Assembly: GCA_964593405.1 (NCBI GenBank)
Contig: CAZQIO010000001.1
Coordinates: 2,263 to 66,262, forward strand
Length of the DNA: 64,000 nucleotides
From: an uncultured Candidatus Saccharibacteria bacterium
GTDB lineage: Bacteria > Patescibacteriota > Minisyncoccia > Minisyncoccales > GBS-2
Direction of reading: 5' to 3'
This document shows, in pieces, positions 38,261 to 47,726 of this stretch; the stretch's first letter is position 1, and each line of letters opens with the position of its first letter. Below the pieces are notes generated by a model, which was given only the letters and a program-made list of their open reading frames with translations, did not search any database and had not been told where the DNA came from. The translations under genes were made by a program, and so were the position numbers.

Positions 38261-39183
38261 TAACAGAGTTCTGCAGTTACAAGCAAACTCTAATAAATAT
38301 GATGAAGATTATCCGTAAACCTATAGAATCTTTTGCTATTGATACAAACACCACTTACCTTTACTTTGAAAAAACGCTTTACCTCCAATAGGTCCAACCA
38401 ATTCTAGAGAAAACTATATGATGCCTTTTCTTATTTTAGTAACCAACCCCCTGTTCTCATGTCTTAAAGCATGGTGGATGTACGATGTGCGGGTATTCAA
38501 ACCTAGCTACCTTTAAAGATAATATTACCGGAGATGTGGTATACGAACAGTTTAGAAGGGGGTTTGAGATTATCAAAAAGATTCCTCACCATGAAATGGT
38601 TGCTATTGGAACCGCTGGCTCATTTTTAGACCCACATGAAGTTCCATACGAAATCCAAGCAAAAATAATAAAAGAACTTAACTCTTCAGGTGATATATAC
38701 TACATAAACATTGAAATAAGAGCAGAATATGTGACTAAAGAATCTCTTGAAAATTTGGTAGAAGTAGTCGATGATCCACATAAGTTAGCTATTGGAATCG
38801 GTTTAGAAAGTTCAAATGAGCTTATAAGAGAGTTATGTGTCAATAAATGTCTACCTATCGCCTCTTTCATCCGAGCTAAAAGATTGCCTGAAGAATTGCG
38901 AAAAAATGTACTTATTGCGACTCCAAGATTGCCTAAGCCCTTAGAACTTAAAGTAAGTGACGGTGCTCAGACGGCAATAGAATTATTAAATGAATATAAA
39001 GGCACACTAGACTATAATTATATCGATGCTATAGATGCCCTTTCAAGCTCTGATAAGAGAAAATGGTATGAGAATTTGGAAAGAGAAATGAACAACTCTG
39101 ATTCAATAGAAAAACCAATATCTACGAACTTTAGCCGTTGGCTGGAGGCGTGGAAAAATGAGCATGGAAGAATATTTCAATAA
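38257..39183 (+). pseudogene. RaSEA/TIGR01210-like radical SAM protein, disrupted
   Basis: CSHVLKHGGCTMCGY (Cx8Cx2C), GSFLD..EV, IGLESSN..R; stop and frameshifts in the 5' part, apparent internal deletion. Confidence 0.7.
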
Positions 39184-40286
39184 AAATAAAGAAAAACTTA
39201 AAGAGGTTTACGAGCTATTCCGGAATACAGATTACGGCAGGGAATTAAATCTACCCCCAGAATTTAATGATTACAACACTTTTAAAACTTTACCCCTCAT
39301 AGATCCACGAAAAGTAGATTTTAAGCGACTATTTGTTCCAGGCGATAATTTGTGGTCTTTTATATCTAGTGGAGTGTCGGGACATAGGAAGATGGTAATG
39401 AGCGATATAGGAACTATTACTAAGTATCCAGAAGAAATGGATGAAATCTTAAGAACTAATACATCTGTATTTCTCCACAGTAAGAGGAGAAAAGGTGAAA
39501 GGAGATGTACTCTTCATAATAGAATATCCCCTGATGGCAGAATGGATTTGTTATCAATTAGAAAAGGCTATAGAAGCAGGAAAAATATTTCCCGGGAATA
39601 TTAGGAAAAAGAAAGTATATTTCGAATTAAGTGGAGAACCTGTTACTGAGGAACAAGTCTGTAACATTGTAAAAAGATTAGAGAAAATATTTCAAACAGA
39701 AGTAGAATATTCTATTACATACGGCTCTACTGAGATTGGGCTTATAGGAACGTATATTCCAACAATTCATGGTTCCAAAATTAAATATGAAGTAATTCCA
39801 TCGCTTTTTGTAGAAATAGTCGATGGGGAAATAATCATTACTCCTTATAGGAAACAAGGGACAATATTATTTAGATACAAAACCGGAGACAAGGGCAAAC
39901 TATTTTTTGAAAATGGTAAACCATTCTTGAATGTAATTGGGAAATCTGAAAGTGAGGGGATTATGTATGTTGCAGGTGTTCAAGTATGCATCCCAGAGCT
40001 AGTGGCAGAAATAGAAAAAATAGCAAATTTTCCAATCGGAATAAAGGTCATCAAAAAGAAGGATCGGCCGAAAGGAGTATGCGAACTTGATATTAAAATT
40101 CATATACCTCGGCGTGATGCTTTAAGTAATAGTTTAAAAAATGCCATAACAGAAAAAACTAAACAGTTCATTACAGATTCTGCTGTTTTGTCGGTGGAAA
40201 ATCATTTAGGAATAGTGAAAATAAATATTCATTATTCTTCTGAACCTATAAAAAAAAGGTTCATTATTGAAAACTTAAAGGCATAA
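39158..40286 (+). pseudogene. phenylacetate-CoA ligase / F390-synthetase-like adenylating enzyme, frameshifted
   Basis: SSGVSG P-loop, SGEP, YGSTEIG, FRYKTGD in two overlapping frames. Confidence 0.7.
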
Positions 40287-41040
40287 ATCAAGATAATGGA
40301 TGCATAATTCCTTATCAATGAACTCATTGCAAAACTCTTAGCGAACGTTTAAACTGTTAGCTTAAGCAATGAGGTTTCGCAATTGGCTCAATAATAAAAA
40401 CTTAGAATACAGAAGCTATTCTAGAAGAACGAAAAATATTAAACCATTGCTTTGTGGCTTAATTATGTACCTTCATCAACTTTCACATCAAATCCTATCA
40501 TCAACCTATGTGGGGTTGAGAGTTAAGCCACAAAGCTTAATATTCCACTTTTCCAAATATTGCCTCTCTTAACTTTCCAATTTAATACCCTCAAATATTG
40601 ATGCGTCAATGTTAAGCTATCATATACTTTCTTGCCTCTGAGGGTATGGAGCGATTTCTAGTGAAGCTTGGGTTTTATTTTAATACCCCTATCTTATTAT
40701 TCGGTAAACTGGTATAGCTAAAATCTCATCACTTTCAAGCCTTTCAACGTCTATTGCCTTGAAAGCATAGAGCTTCTTTCCAACTTCAAAGAATAGTAGA
40801 TCCCAATAATAGCCTTTCCTAATCCATATTACTGGTCTCTGGCTCAAAATGGCATTTTTCATTTTTAAAATTGCTCTACAATCAGCGTATTTCGTTCTAT
40901 ATTTTGAGTCCTCTTGCTACTATACACTACTCTTACAGTGAAGTATCTTCCCTAAAGCATACTATCTGAAGGAAAGAAATAGTTGGCTTTAATCGCTGAA
41001 GGCTTTTTATTTTTGGGAAAATAAATTATACTGAAATAAT

Positions 41041-41451
41041 ATGCGCTTTACTGTTTCAACAAAAGGTTTTTGCGACATAATTGATATTACTTCAAGGGTT
41101 CAAGAGGCGGTCAAAAAAGCAGGGGTTAAAGATGGTTTTTGTATTGTCTCTTGCCCAGGATCTACGATTGGAATTACAACGATTGAGAATGAACCAGAAC
41201 TTTTGAAAGATTTCAAAGAACTTTTGGAAAAATTGATCCCCTCTGACAAAGAGTACCGCCATGACAAAGTTTGGGGAGAAACCAACGGGTTTTCTCATTT
41301 AAGGTCTGCTTTGATTAAACCTTTTTTAACAGTGCCCATCGAAAATGGAAAATTAATTTTGGGCACCTGGCAGAATATTGTTTTTATTGATTTTGATTCA
41401 AGGCCAAGGGAAAGAGAAATTTTGGTTAAAGTTTTTGGACAAAGGTCGTAA
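41041..41451 (+). CDS. yjbQ: YjbQ/UPF0047 family protein
   Basis: IIDIT, ENEP, NGFSHL, LGTWQ..FIDFD. Confidence 0.92.
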   Translation: MRFTVSTKGFCDIIDITSRVQEAVKKAGVKDGFCIVSCPGSTIGITTIENEPELLKDFKELLEKLIPSDKEYRHDKVWGETNGFSHLRSALIKPFLTVPIENGKLILGTWQNIVFIDFDSRPREREILVKVFGQRS

Positions 41452-41452
41452 A

Positions 41453-42376
41453 ATGAATCAAAAAATAAAAATGTCAGAAAAAATTTGGAAAATTTTTGGC
41501 ATTTTTGGAATAGTTTGTTTGGTTGGAATTTTTCTTGGAGGAATTTTGATATCTTTGGGAGGAATAAAAAGAAAGACAATGACCCCAGCTTATTTTGAAA
41601 AAGTTGAAACACCAATGGGAATTGGCGGTGGGCTAGAAAAAATCAATTTACCCTCTCCTGAAACACCACCTCCTTCTAATCTTGAGAAAGAAATTCCTTC
41701 AAGAATGATCATTAAAACTGGCTGGTTAAATTTAGTGGTTAAAGATATTGGAGAAGCGATAAAGAAAATTTCGAAATTTGTTGAAGAAAATGGCGGTTGG
41801 GTTGTTTCGAGCAATGTTTATGAAACAGAGAAAATTCCTTCTGGAAGTATTACTGTCAGGGTGCCTGCAGAAAAGTTTGACCAGGCTAAAGATTATTTTA
41901 AAAGTTTAGCAGTGAGAGTGAGCAGCGAAAGCACTCAATCTCAAGACATCACCGAAGAATACGTCGATTTACAATCTAATTTGAGAAATTTGGAGGCAGC
42001 GGAAGAGCAACTTTTGGAAATAATGAAGAGGGCAGGAAAAATTAACGAGGTTTTAGATGTTTACCGAGAATTGACCAACATTCGCCAGCAGATAGAAAAG
42101 ATAAAAGGGAGAATGCAGTATTTGGAGCAATCTGCCAAAATGTCATTAATCACTGTTAATTTGGCCCTTTCTGAAGAGTTGCTGCCTATTCCACCAGGCG
42201 AAAAATGGAGGCCAAAGTATGTATTTTTGCAAACCTGGAAAAGCGTTTTGAATTTCTGGAAAGGCTTTTCTTACTTTTTGATCAAATTGGTAGTTTGGTC
42301 TCAAGTTTGGATTCCGACTTTGATTTTGGTAGCAGTTTTCATCAGAATCTGGAGGAAAAAGAAAAGAAAAGTTTAA
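41453..42376 (+). CDS. DUF4349 domain membrane protein
   Basis: RMIIKTG, TVRVP, DITEEYVD, coiled coil, terminal TMs. Confidence 0.85.
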   Translation: MNQKIKMSEKIWKIFGIFGIVCLVGIFLGGILISLGGIKRKTMTPAYFEKVETPMGIGGGLEKINLPSPETPPPSNLEKEIPSRMIIKTGWLNLVVKDIGEAIKKISKFVEENGGWVVSSNVYETEKIPSGSITVRVPAEKFDQAKDYFKSLAVRVSSESTQSQDITEEYVDLQSNLRNLEAAEEQLLEIMKRAGKINEVLDVYRELTNIRQQIEKIKGRMQYLEQSAKMSLITVNLALSEELLPIPPGEKWRPKYVFLQTWKSVLNFWKGFSYFLIKLVVWSQVWIPTLILVAVFIRIWRKKKRKV

Positions 42377-43026
42377 TGAGAATTTTCAAACCCTTTAGCA
42401 TCAATCCAGTAATTAAGTATCTGATTTTGGCAGATTTGATTTTTTGGTCTGGTTGGGGACTTTTGGCCCCGATCTTTTCTGTTTTTTTAGTTGAGAAAAT
42501 AGAGGGTGGAAATTTGGCCTTAGCAGGATTGGCCAGCGGAATTTATTGGGTTTTAAAGTCAATTTTGCGCTTGCCAATTGGTCTTTTTTTAGATTCAAGA
42601 AAAGGAGAGGAAGATGATTTTTGGTTTTTGTTTTTTGGCCTAATTTTTTCTTCTTTGGTCCCCTTTGGTTATTTGATGGCAAAGAACTTTTTTCACGTTT
42701 TTCTTTTGCAGATTTTGGAGGCTGTTGGCATGGCAATGGCCCTTTCTGGTTGGACAGTAATTTTTACCAGACATATTGACCAGGGAAAAGAAGCTACCGA
42801 ATGGGCTTTGGATGCAACCTCGGTTGGAATTGGAATTGGTCTTTGTGGAATTTTGGGTGGAATGATAGCCCAGGTTTTCGGTTACAAAGTTGTCTTTTTC
42901 CTCTTTGGAGTTTGTGGCATTTTTTCTGCCCTTTTGCTCTTGAGAATTTTGAAAATAATTTCTCCAAGATCAGCTAAAAAAGGACTGGTTTTCTCTTTGA
43001 GGGAAATTTTCTTTCAGGAAAAATGA
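42376..43026 (+). CDS. half-size MFS transporter
   Basis: ~216 aa, about 6 TMs, G..LD.RKG motif A-like; TAATG coupling. Confidence 0.75.
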   Translation: MRIFKPFSINPVIKYLILADLIFWSGWGLLAPIFSVFLVEKIEGGNLALAGLASGIYWVLKSILRLPIGLFLDSRKGEEDDFWFLFFGLIFSSLVPFGYLMAKNFFHVFLLQILEAVGMAMALSGWTVIFTRHIDQGKEATEWALDATSVGIGIGLCGILGGMIAQVFGYKVVFFLFGVCGIFSALLLLRILKIISPRSAKKGLVFSLREIFFQEK

Positions 43027-44741
43027 AAAACCAAGAGATTGCCAAAATTTTTTATGAAATTGCCTATTTTTTGGAAATGGAAGGGGTTAAATTCAAACCA
43101 TTTGCCTATGAAAAGGCTGCAATTACCCTGGAAGGATTAGAAAAAGACATTGAGGAAATTTACAAAAAAGGAGGGTTTGAGGCTTTAAAGAAAATTCCAG
43201 GTATTGGAGAAAGCATTGCCAAAAAAATAGAAGAATATTTAAAAACAGGAAAAATCCAATATTACGAAGATTACAAAAAAAAGTATCCGATAAATTTGGA
43301 AGAATTGATGGGAATTGAAGGAATTGGGCCAAAGAGAATTAAGGTTTTGTATGAGAAATTGGGAATTAAAAATTTAAAAGAACTGGAAGAGGCGGCAAAA
43401 TCTCACAAAATTGCCCCTCTTTTTGGTTTTGGAGAAAAAACAGAAAAAAACATTTTGGAGGCGATTGAGTTTGCAAAGAGGGCCAAGGGAAGGTTTTTGT
43501 TGGGGGATATTTTGCCAAGGGTAAGAGAAGTTTTTGAGAAATTGAAAAGTTTAAAAGAAGTAGAAAGAATCGATGTTGTAGGCTCAATAAGAAGAATGAA
43601 AGAGACAATTGGTGATGTTGATTTTTTAGTCATTTCAAAAAATCCAAAGCCGATTATGGATTTTTTTGTTTCTTTGCCAGGAGTGATTAAGGTTTGGGGG
43701 AAAGGGACGACAAAATCTTCAGTGAGAATGAAAGAGGGTTTTGATATGGACATTAGAGTTTTACCAAAAAGTTCCTATGGGGCAGCATTGCAGTATTTCA
43801 CTGGATCTAAAGAACACAACATTGCTTTGAGGAAAATTGCCATAGAAAAAGGCCTGAAACTTTCTGAATATGGACTTTTTAAGGGTCAAAAAATGATTGC
43901 TGGAGAGTCAGAGGAAGAAATTTATGAAAAATTGGGAATGGATTGGATTGCCCCAGAATTGAGAGAAAACAGAGGAGAAATAGAGGCAGCTTTGAAAGGG
44001 AAATTACCAAAAATAATTGACTACAAAGATATAAAAGGAGATTTACATTGCCATTCAAAATGGGATGGCGGAGCAAACACAATTGAAGAGATTGCAAAAC
44101 AAGCAATCAAAATGGGTTATGAATATGTTGGAATTGCAGATCATACAAAGTTTTTGAAGATTGAACATGGCTTAGATGAAAAGAAGTTGAGAGAGAGAAA
44201 CAAAGAAATTGATGCTTTAAACAAAAAATTTGCCGGAAAAATCAAAATTTTAAAAGGTTGCGAAGCAAACATTTTGCCAGATGGCTCAATCGACATTTCA
44301 GACGATTGTTTGAAAGAGCAAGATTTTGTCATTGCCGGAGTCCATTCAAGGTTTAAAATGTCAAAAGAAGAGATGACAGAGAGAATAATTCGGGCAATGA
44401 AAAATCCGAATGTAGATATAATTTCCCATCCAACAGGAAGGCTAATTCAAAAAAGGGATGAATACGAAATTGACTTTGATAAAATTTTGAGGGTTGCAAA
44501 AGAAACTGGAACGATTTTAGAAATCAATTCCTATCCTGAAAGGTTGGATTTGAACGACGTTAACATCAAAAGAGCAAAAGAAGCTGGAGTGAAAATGATC
44601 ATTAACACCGACGCCCATCATATAGACCAAATGAGATTCATTGAATACGGAATTGGCCAAGCAAGGCGAGGGTGGGCTGAAAAAGAAGACATTGTCAATT
44701 GCTGGCCACTAGAGAAAATGTTAAAATTTTTGAAAAAGTAA
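43023..44741 (+). CDS. polX: DNA polymerase X with PHP domain
   Basis: [31 protein letters not shown]. Confidence 0.95.
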   Translation: MKNQEIAKIFYEIAYFLEMEGVKFKPFAYEKAAITLEGLEKDIEEIYKKGGFEALKKIPGIGESIAKKIEEYLKTGKIQYYEDYKKKYPINLEELMGIEGIGPKRIKVLYEKLGIKNLKELEEAAKSHKIAPLFGFGEKTEKNILEAIEFAKRAKGRFLLGDILPRVREVFEKLKSLKEVERIDVVGSIRRMKETIGDVDFLVISKNPKPIMDFFVSLPGVIKVWGKGTTKSSVRMKEGFDMDIRVLPKSSYGAALQYFTGSKEHNIALRKIAIEKGLKLSEYGLFKGQKMIAGESEEEIYEKLGMDWIAPELRENRGEIEAALKGKLPKIIDYKDIKGDLHCHSKWDGGANTIEEIAKQAIKMGYEYVGIADHTKFLKIEHGLDEKKLRERNKEIDALNKKFAGKIKILKGCEANILPDGSIDISDDCLKEQDFVIAGVHSRFKMSKEEMTERIIRAMKNPNVDIISHPTGRLIQKRDEYEIDFDKILRVAKETGTILEINSYPERLDLNDVNIKRAKEAGVKMIINTDAHHIDQMRFIEYGIGQARRGWAEKEDIVNCWPLEKMLKFLKK

Positions 44742-44756
44742 AAACATTGCTTAGCC

Positions 44757-45329
44757 ATGGAAAAAGAACCAAGTTTGTTGACTAACAGGAGAAAAGAATC
44801 AGAGGAAAAAGAAAAACTTATACAACTAGGAAGAAAATTCGTAGAGGACGAATGGAGGCGAGAATACGAAAGGTGGGTGGAGAAAAGGCGGGGGAGAGAA
44901 AAAGAGGAGGGAAGAGAACCAGGCACTCATTTTTTTCAGGTCTCTGGAGAAGGTGAGGCAAGTGCAGAGTTTGAGTTAAAAGATTTAGACTCTGTTAATC
45001 CAAAAATATTTGAACTTATCGGAATGTGGCTAGAGCTGGTGAGCGGAATAGCTTCTATATTTAAAGAAAAAGGAAATGTAGATGAATTATTTTTTGGAAA
45101 AGAACCTCTATGGAGCCAATTAAAAAACTTACCAGAAGATACAAAAAAACAAATTATCCAAAGATGGAAAGATAGTTCTTCGGAATTTACCAAAATCCAA
45201 AAGGAGATAGACGCCATATACAAGCAAAAAATTTCAAAGGCTGAAAAACTTATTATCGAATTTTTCAAAAATGAAATGACCGCATTCTCATTAAGCCTTA
45301 CAATATTAGAACAGCTTCTCTTTCTCTAA
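44757..45329 (+). CDS. hypothetical protein
   Basis: 190-aa ORF filling the gap between genes. Confidence 0.65.
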   Translation: MEKEPSLLTNRRKESEEKEKLIQLGRKFVEDEWRREYERWVEKRRGREKEEGREPGTHFFQVSGEGEASAEFELKDLDSVNPKIFELIGMWLELVSGIASIFKEKGNVDELFFGKEPLWSQLKNLPEDTKKQIIQRWKDSSSEFTKIQKEIDAIYKQKISKAEKLIIEFFKNEMTAFSLSLTILEQLLFL

Positions 45330-45373
45330 AATCTCAAAAAACCAAAGATTTTAGGTTGACAATAAATCTCAAC

Positions 45374-45811
45374 ATGCCAACAGAAAGATCAGCAGGAGCA
45401 ATAATTTTTAGGAAAGAAAAGGGTAAAATTTTTTATTTGCTTTTACACTATCCTGGAGCCTCCCATCGGGCAAATTCTGATTATTGGGACTTTCCAAAAG
45501 GACATTTAGAAAAGGGGGAGACTCTGGAAGATGCGGCAAAAAGAGAAATTGAAGAAGAGACTGGGTTGAAAAAAATCAAGTTTGTCGACGGTTTCAAAGA
45601 GACAATCAAGTATTTTTTTAAATGGCAAGGGAAAAACGTTTTAAAGTTTGTCACATTTTTCTTGGCAGAAACAAAGGAAAAGAAAGTTACAATTTCTTTT
45701 GAGCACATTGGCTATCAATGGTTACCTTTTGAAGAGGCAATGAAAAAATTAACTTTTCAAAATTCAAGAGAGATTTTAAAAAAAGCAAACGAATTTTTAA
45801 AAAAAAATTAA
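45374..45811 (+). CDS. NUDIX hydrolase (Ap4A hydrolase-like)
   Basis: WDFPKGHLEKGETLEDAAKREIEEETG, SFEH. Confidence 0.9.
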   Translation: MPTERSAGAIIFRKEKGKIFYLLLHYPGASHRANSDYWDFPKGHLEKGETLEDAAKREIEEETGLKKIKFVDGFKETIKYFFKWQGKNVLKFVTFFLAETKEKKVTISFEHIGYQWLPFEEAMKKLTFQNSREILKKANEFLKKN

Positions 45812-46155
45812 CTCTTAACTTTTTCGACAATTTTCTCAAAAATTTCAGGTTTTTCTCTGGCCAATTGAGCCAAAATTTTTCTGTCAAGTTCAATATTTTT
45901 TTCTTTTAAGGCATGGATGAATTTGCTATAAGATAGCCCATATTGTTTTAAAGCAGCAGAAATTTGAATTTGCCAAAGTCTTCTCATTACTCTTTTTTTC
46001 TCTTTTCTTCCTCTGTAGGCATGTTTTAAAGCGTGAATTAGGGCATCCTTTGCCAATCTGTATTTTGACTTTCTTTTCCATCTAAAACCCTTAACTTTTT
46101 TCAAAAGTCTTTCTCTTTTTTTGTGTCTTGTTTTTCCTTTTTTAACCCTGACCAT
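45808..46155 (-). CDS. rplT: 50S ribosomal protein L20
   Basis: MVRVK, RRLW..I, LDRKILAQLA. Confidence 0.97.
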   Translation of the reverse strand: MVRVKKGKTRHKKRERLLKKVKGFRWKRKSKYRLAKDALIHALKHAYRGRKEKKRVMRRLWQIQISAALKQYGLSYSKFIHALKEKNIELDRKILAQLAREKPEIFEKIVEKVKS

Positions 46156-46160
46156 AAAAT

Positions 46161-46349
46161 TTAAGGTCTGCTCAAAAACCTCTTTATTACCTTTGCCTCA
46201 GCCTTTGATACTGGAACCCATTTTCTAGTTTCTCTAATTTTTTTTCCAGATTTTTTTGCCCGATAATGGTCTTGTCCGCAAACCCTTCTTAAAATTTTTC
46301 CAGTCTTTGTAATTTTGAACCTTTTTAAAATCGACTTTCTCGTTTTCAT
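46161..46349 (-). CDS. rpmI: 50S ribosomal protein L35
   Basis: MKTRKS..KRFKITKTGK; between infC and rplT. Confidence 0.95.
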   Translation of the reverse strand: MKTRKSILKRFKITKTGKILRRVCGQDHYRAKKSGKKIRETRKWVPVSKAEAKVIKRFLSRP

Positions 46350-46849
46350 TTTTTTGCCACGATCATTATAAAGCCTCCCGGCGTCTTTTTTAAATCTTGT
46401 TCGATTTTAATTTCAACCTTTTTTTGGAGAATTTCGATAAATTTTTTGAATTTTTCTTTGGCAAAATCTGCCAAAACCTTTTCTCTTCCGTGCAAAATCA
46501 TTTGAATTTTTAATTTGTCTCCAGCTTTCAAAAACTTTTCTGCTTGGTTTGCTCTGGTTTCCATGTCATGGTCTGAAATGTTAAAACTCAACCTTATTTC
46601 TTTTACTTCGCTCTTTTTTTCTTTTTTCTCTTTCTTTTTTTCTTGGTATAAAAATTTTCCGTAATCTGCAATTTTGCAAACAGGAGGGTCTGCCTTTTCG
46701 CTAATTAAAATCAAATCCAAATTTTTTTCTTTTGCTATCTTTAAAGCCCCCTCTAAAGAAAAAACGCCCAATTGCTTTCCTTGCTCATCAATTACTCTTA
46801 CCTTTTCAGCCCTTATTTGATTGTTGATTAAATATCTTTTCAATTTCAA
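46346..46849 (-). CDS. infC: translation initiation factor IF-3
   Basis: INNQIRA..VRVID, PPVCKIADYGK; start codon uncertain. Confidence 0.95.
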   Translation of the reverse strand: MKLKRYLINNQIRAEKVRVIDEQGKQLGVFSLEGALKIAKEKNLDLILISEKADPPVCKIADYGKFLYQEKKKEKKEKKSEVKEIRLSFNISDHDMETRANQAEKFLKAGDKLKIQMILHGREKVLADFAKEKFKKFIEILQKKVEIKIEQDLKKTPGGFIMIVAKK

Positions 46850-46889
46850 CTAACCACTAAAAAATAATTACTAAAAATCACTAATTTTG

Positions 46890-47187
46890 TGGAGATGGCG
46901 GGATTCGAACCCGCGTCTGGGGGTTGACCTGGGTCTCCCTCTACGGCTATAGTCGATTTTTTAGTCTATCTGGAATACTAGTAAATCGACAAACCTAGTA
47001 TTCCACTCAAAGAAATAAAGAACAACCCCCTCAACTATGACACCTGTTCCCTAACCGAGGGGATTTAGGGACAGGCGCTTGTCTACCCGATAATTAAGCG
47101 TAGACAAGAGCAGGAGTTTGTGTGGCAGGATTTTTGGCCGCCAGAAACCCAGGTTCCTTTCCCCCATCGATTCCAAAAACCATCCCC
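46890..47187 (-). ncRNA. ssrA: tmRNA, 298 nt, tag (A)ATQTPALVYA*
   Basis: 5' GGGGATG..GGAATCGA, 3' GACGCGGGTTCGAATCCCGCCATCTCCA, G3:U70 pair, tag ORF 47126-47094; next to smpB. Confidence 0.93.
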
Positions 47188-47226
47188 TTTTTACAAACTT
47201 TATTTGGTCTTTCACCGCAACAGCGA

Positions 47227-47685
47227 TTATCTTTTCAAAAAATATTCTTTCAAGGTTCTCTGAATTTCTTTTTCTATTTCCTTCTTTTTTTTCTCTTCTT
47301 TTTTTGAGACCTTCTTTTTTCTTTTGCCAACACCAAATTCCAACTTTATTTTACCACCTTTTACATAAAGACGCAAGGGAACAAGGGTTACACCTTTTTG
47401 TTTTGATTTTCCAGCTAAATATTTAATTTCAGATTTTTTCAACAAAAGCTTCCTTTCTCTTTGAACATCATAATTGCCCCCGATGTTTTTTGGCTGCCAG
47501 GGAATGATCGTTGCCCCTACCCAAAAAGCCTCCCCACCTTTAATGACAACATAAGTTCCCAGAAGGCTTGTTCCTTGCGATTTTAAGGTTTTTACCTCTT
47601 GACCAAAAAGTGAAATACCAGCTTCGAACTTTTCCAAAATTTCATAATCAAAATAAGCCTTTTTGTTTTCACTCAAAATTTTCAT
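47227..47685 (-). CDS. smpB: SsrA-binding protein
   Basis: NKKAYFDY..EAGI..EVK, RERKLLL. Confidence 0.96.
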   Translation of the reverse strand: MKILSENKKAYFDYEILEKFEAGISLFGQEVKTLKSQGTSLLGTYVVIKGGEAFWVGATIIPWQPKNIGGNYDVQRERKLLLKKSEIKYLAGKSKQKGVTLVPLRLYVKGGKIKLEFGVGKRKKKVSKKEEKKKKEIEKEIQRTLKEYFLKR

Positions 47686-47726
47686 TCTTTCATTGTAAAA
47701 AAAAGTTTGATAATTTTGAAATATGT

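Larger units (their letters stand above)
27074..41040. mobile_element. composite accessory island inserted at the yjbQ 5' end
   Basis: Bounded by yjbQ 5' duplicates; different codon style, many pseudogenes, integrase remnant. Confidence 0.8.

Noticed and set aside
29416-38392. In-frame TAG/TGA in island genes as stop-codon reassignment
   Set aside because: Expected residues differ (Trp, Gln), frameshifts co-occur, and TAG/TGA end backbone genes normally
40290-40980. Genes at the island's right end (ORF 40369-40572 and minus-strand fragments)
   Set aside because: Coding-like remnants with many stops and no recognisable family
27074-41070. gtttcaacaaaagg repeats as a CRISPR array
   Set aside because: Copies are kilobases apart, encode the YjbQ N-terminus and have no spacers or cas genes
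47118-47426. ORFs over the tmRNA/smpB region
   Set aside because: Antisense to ssrA and smpB
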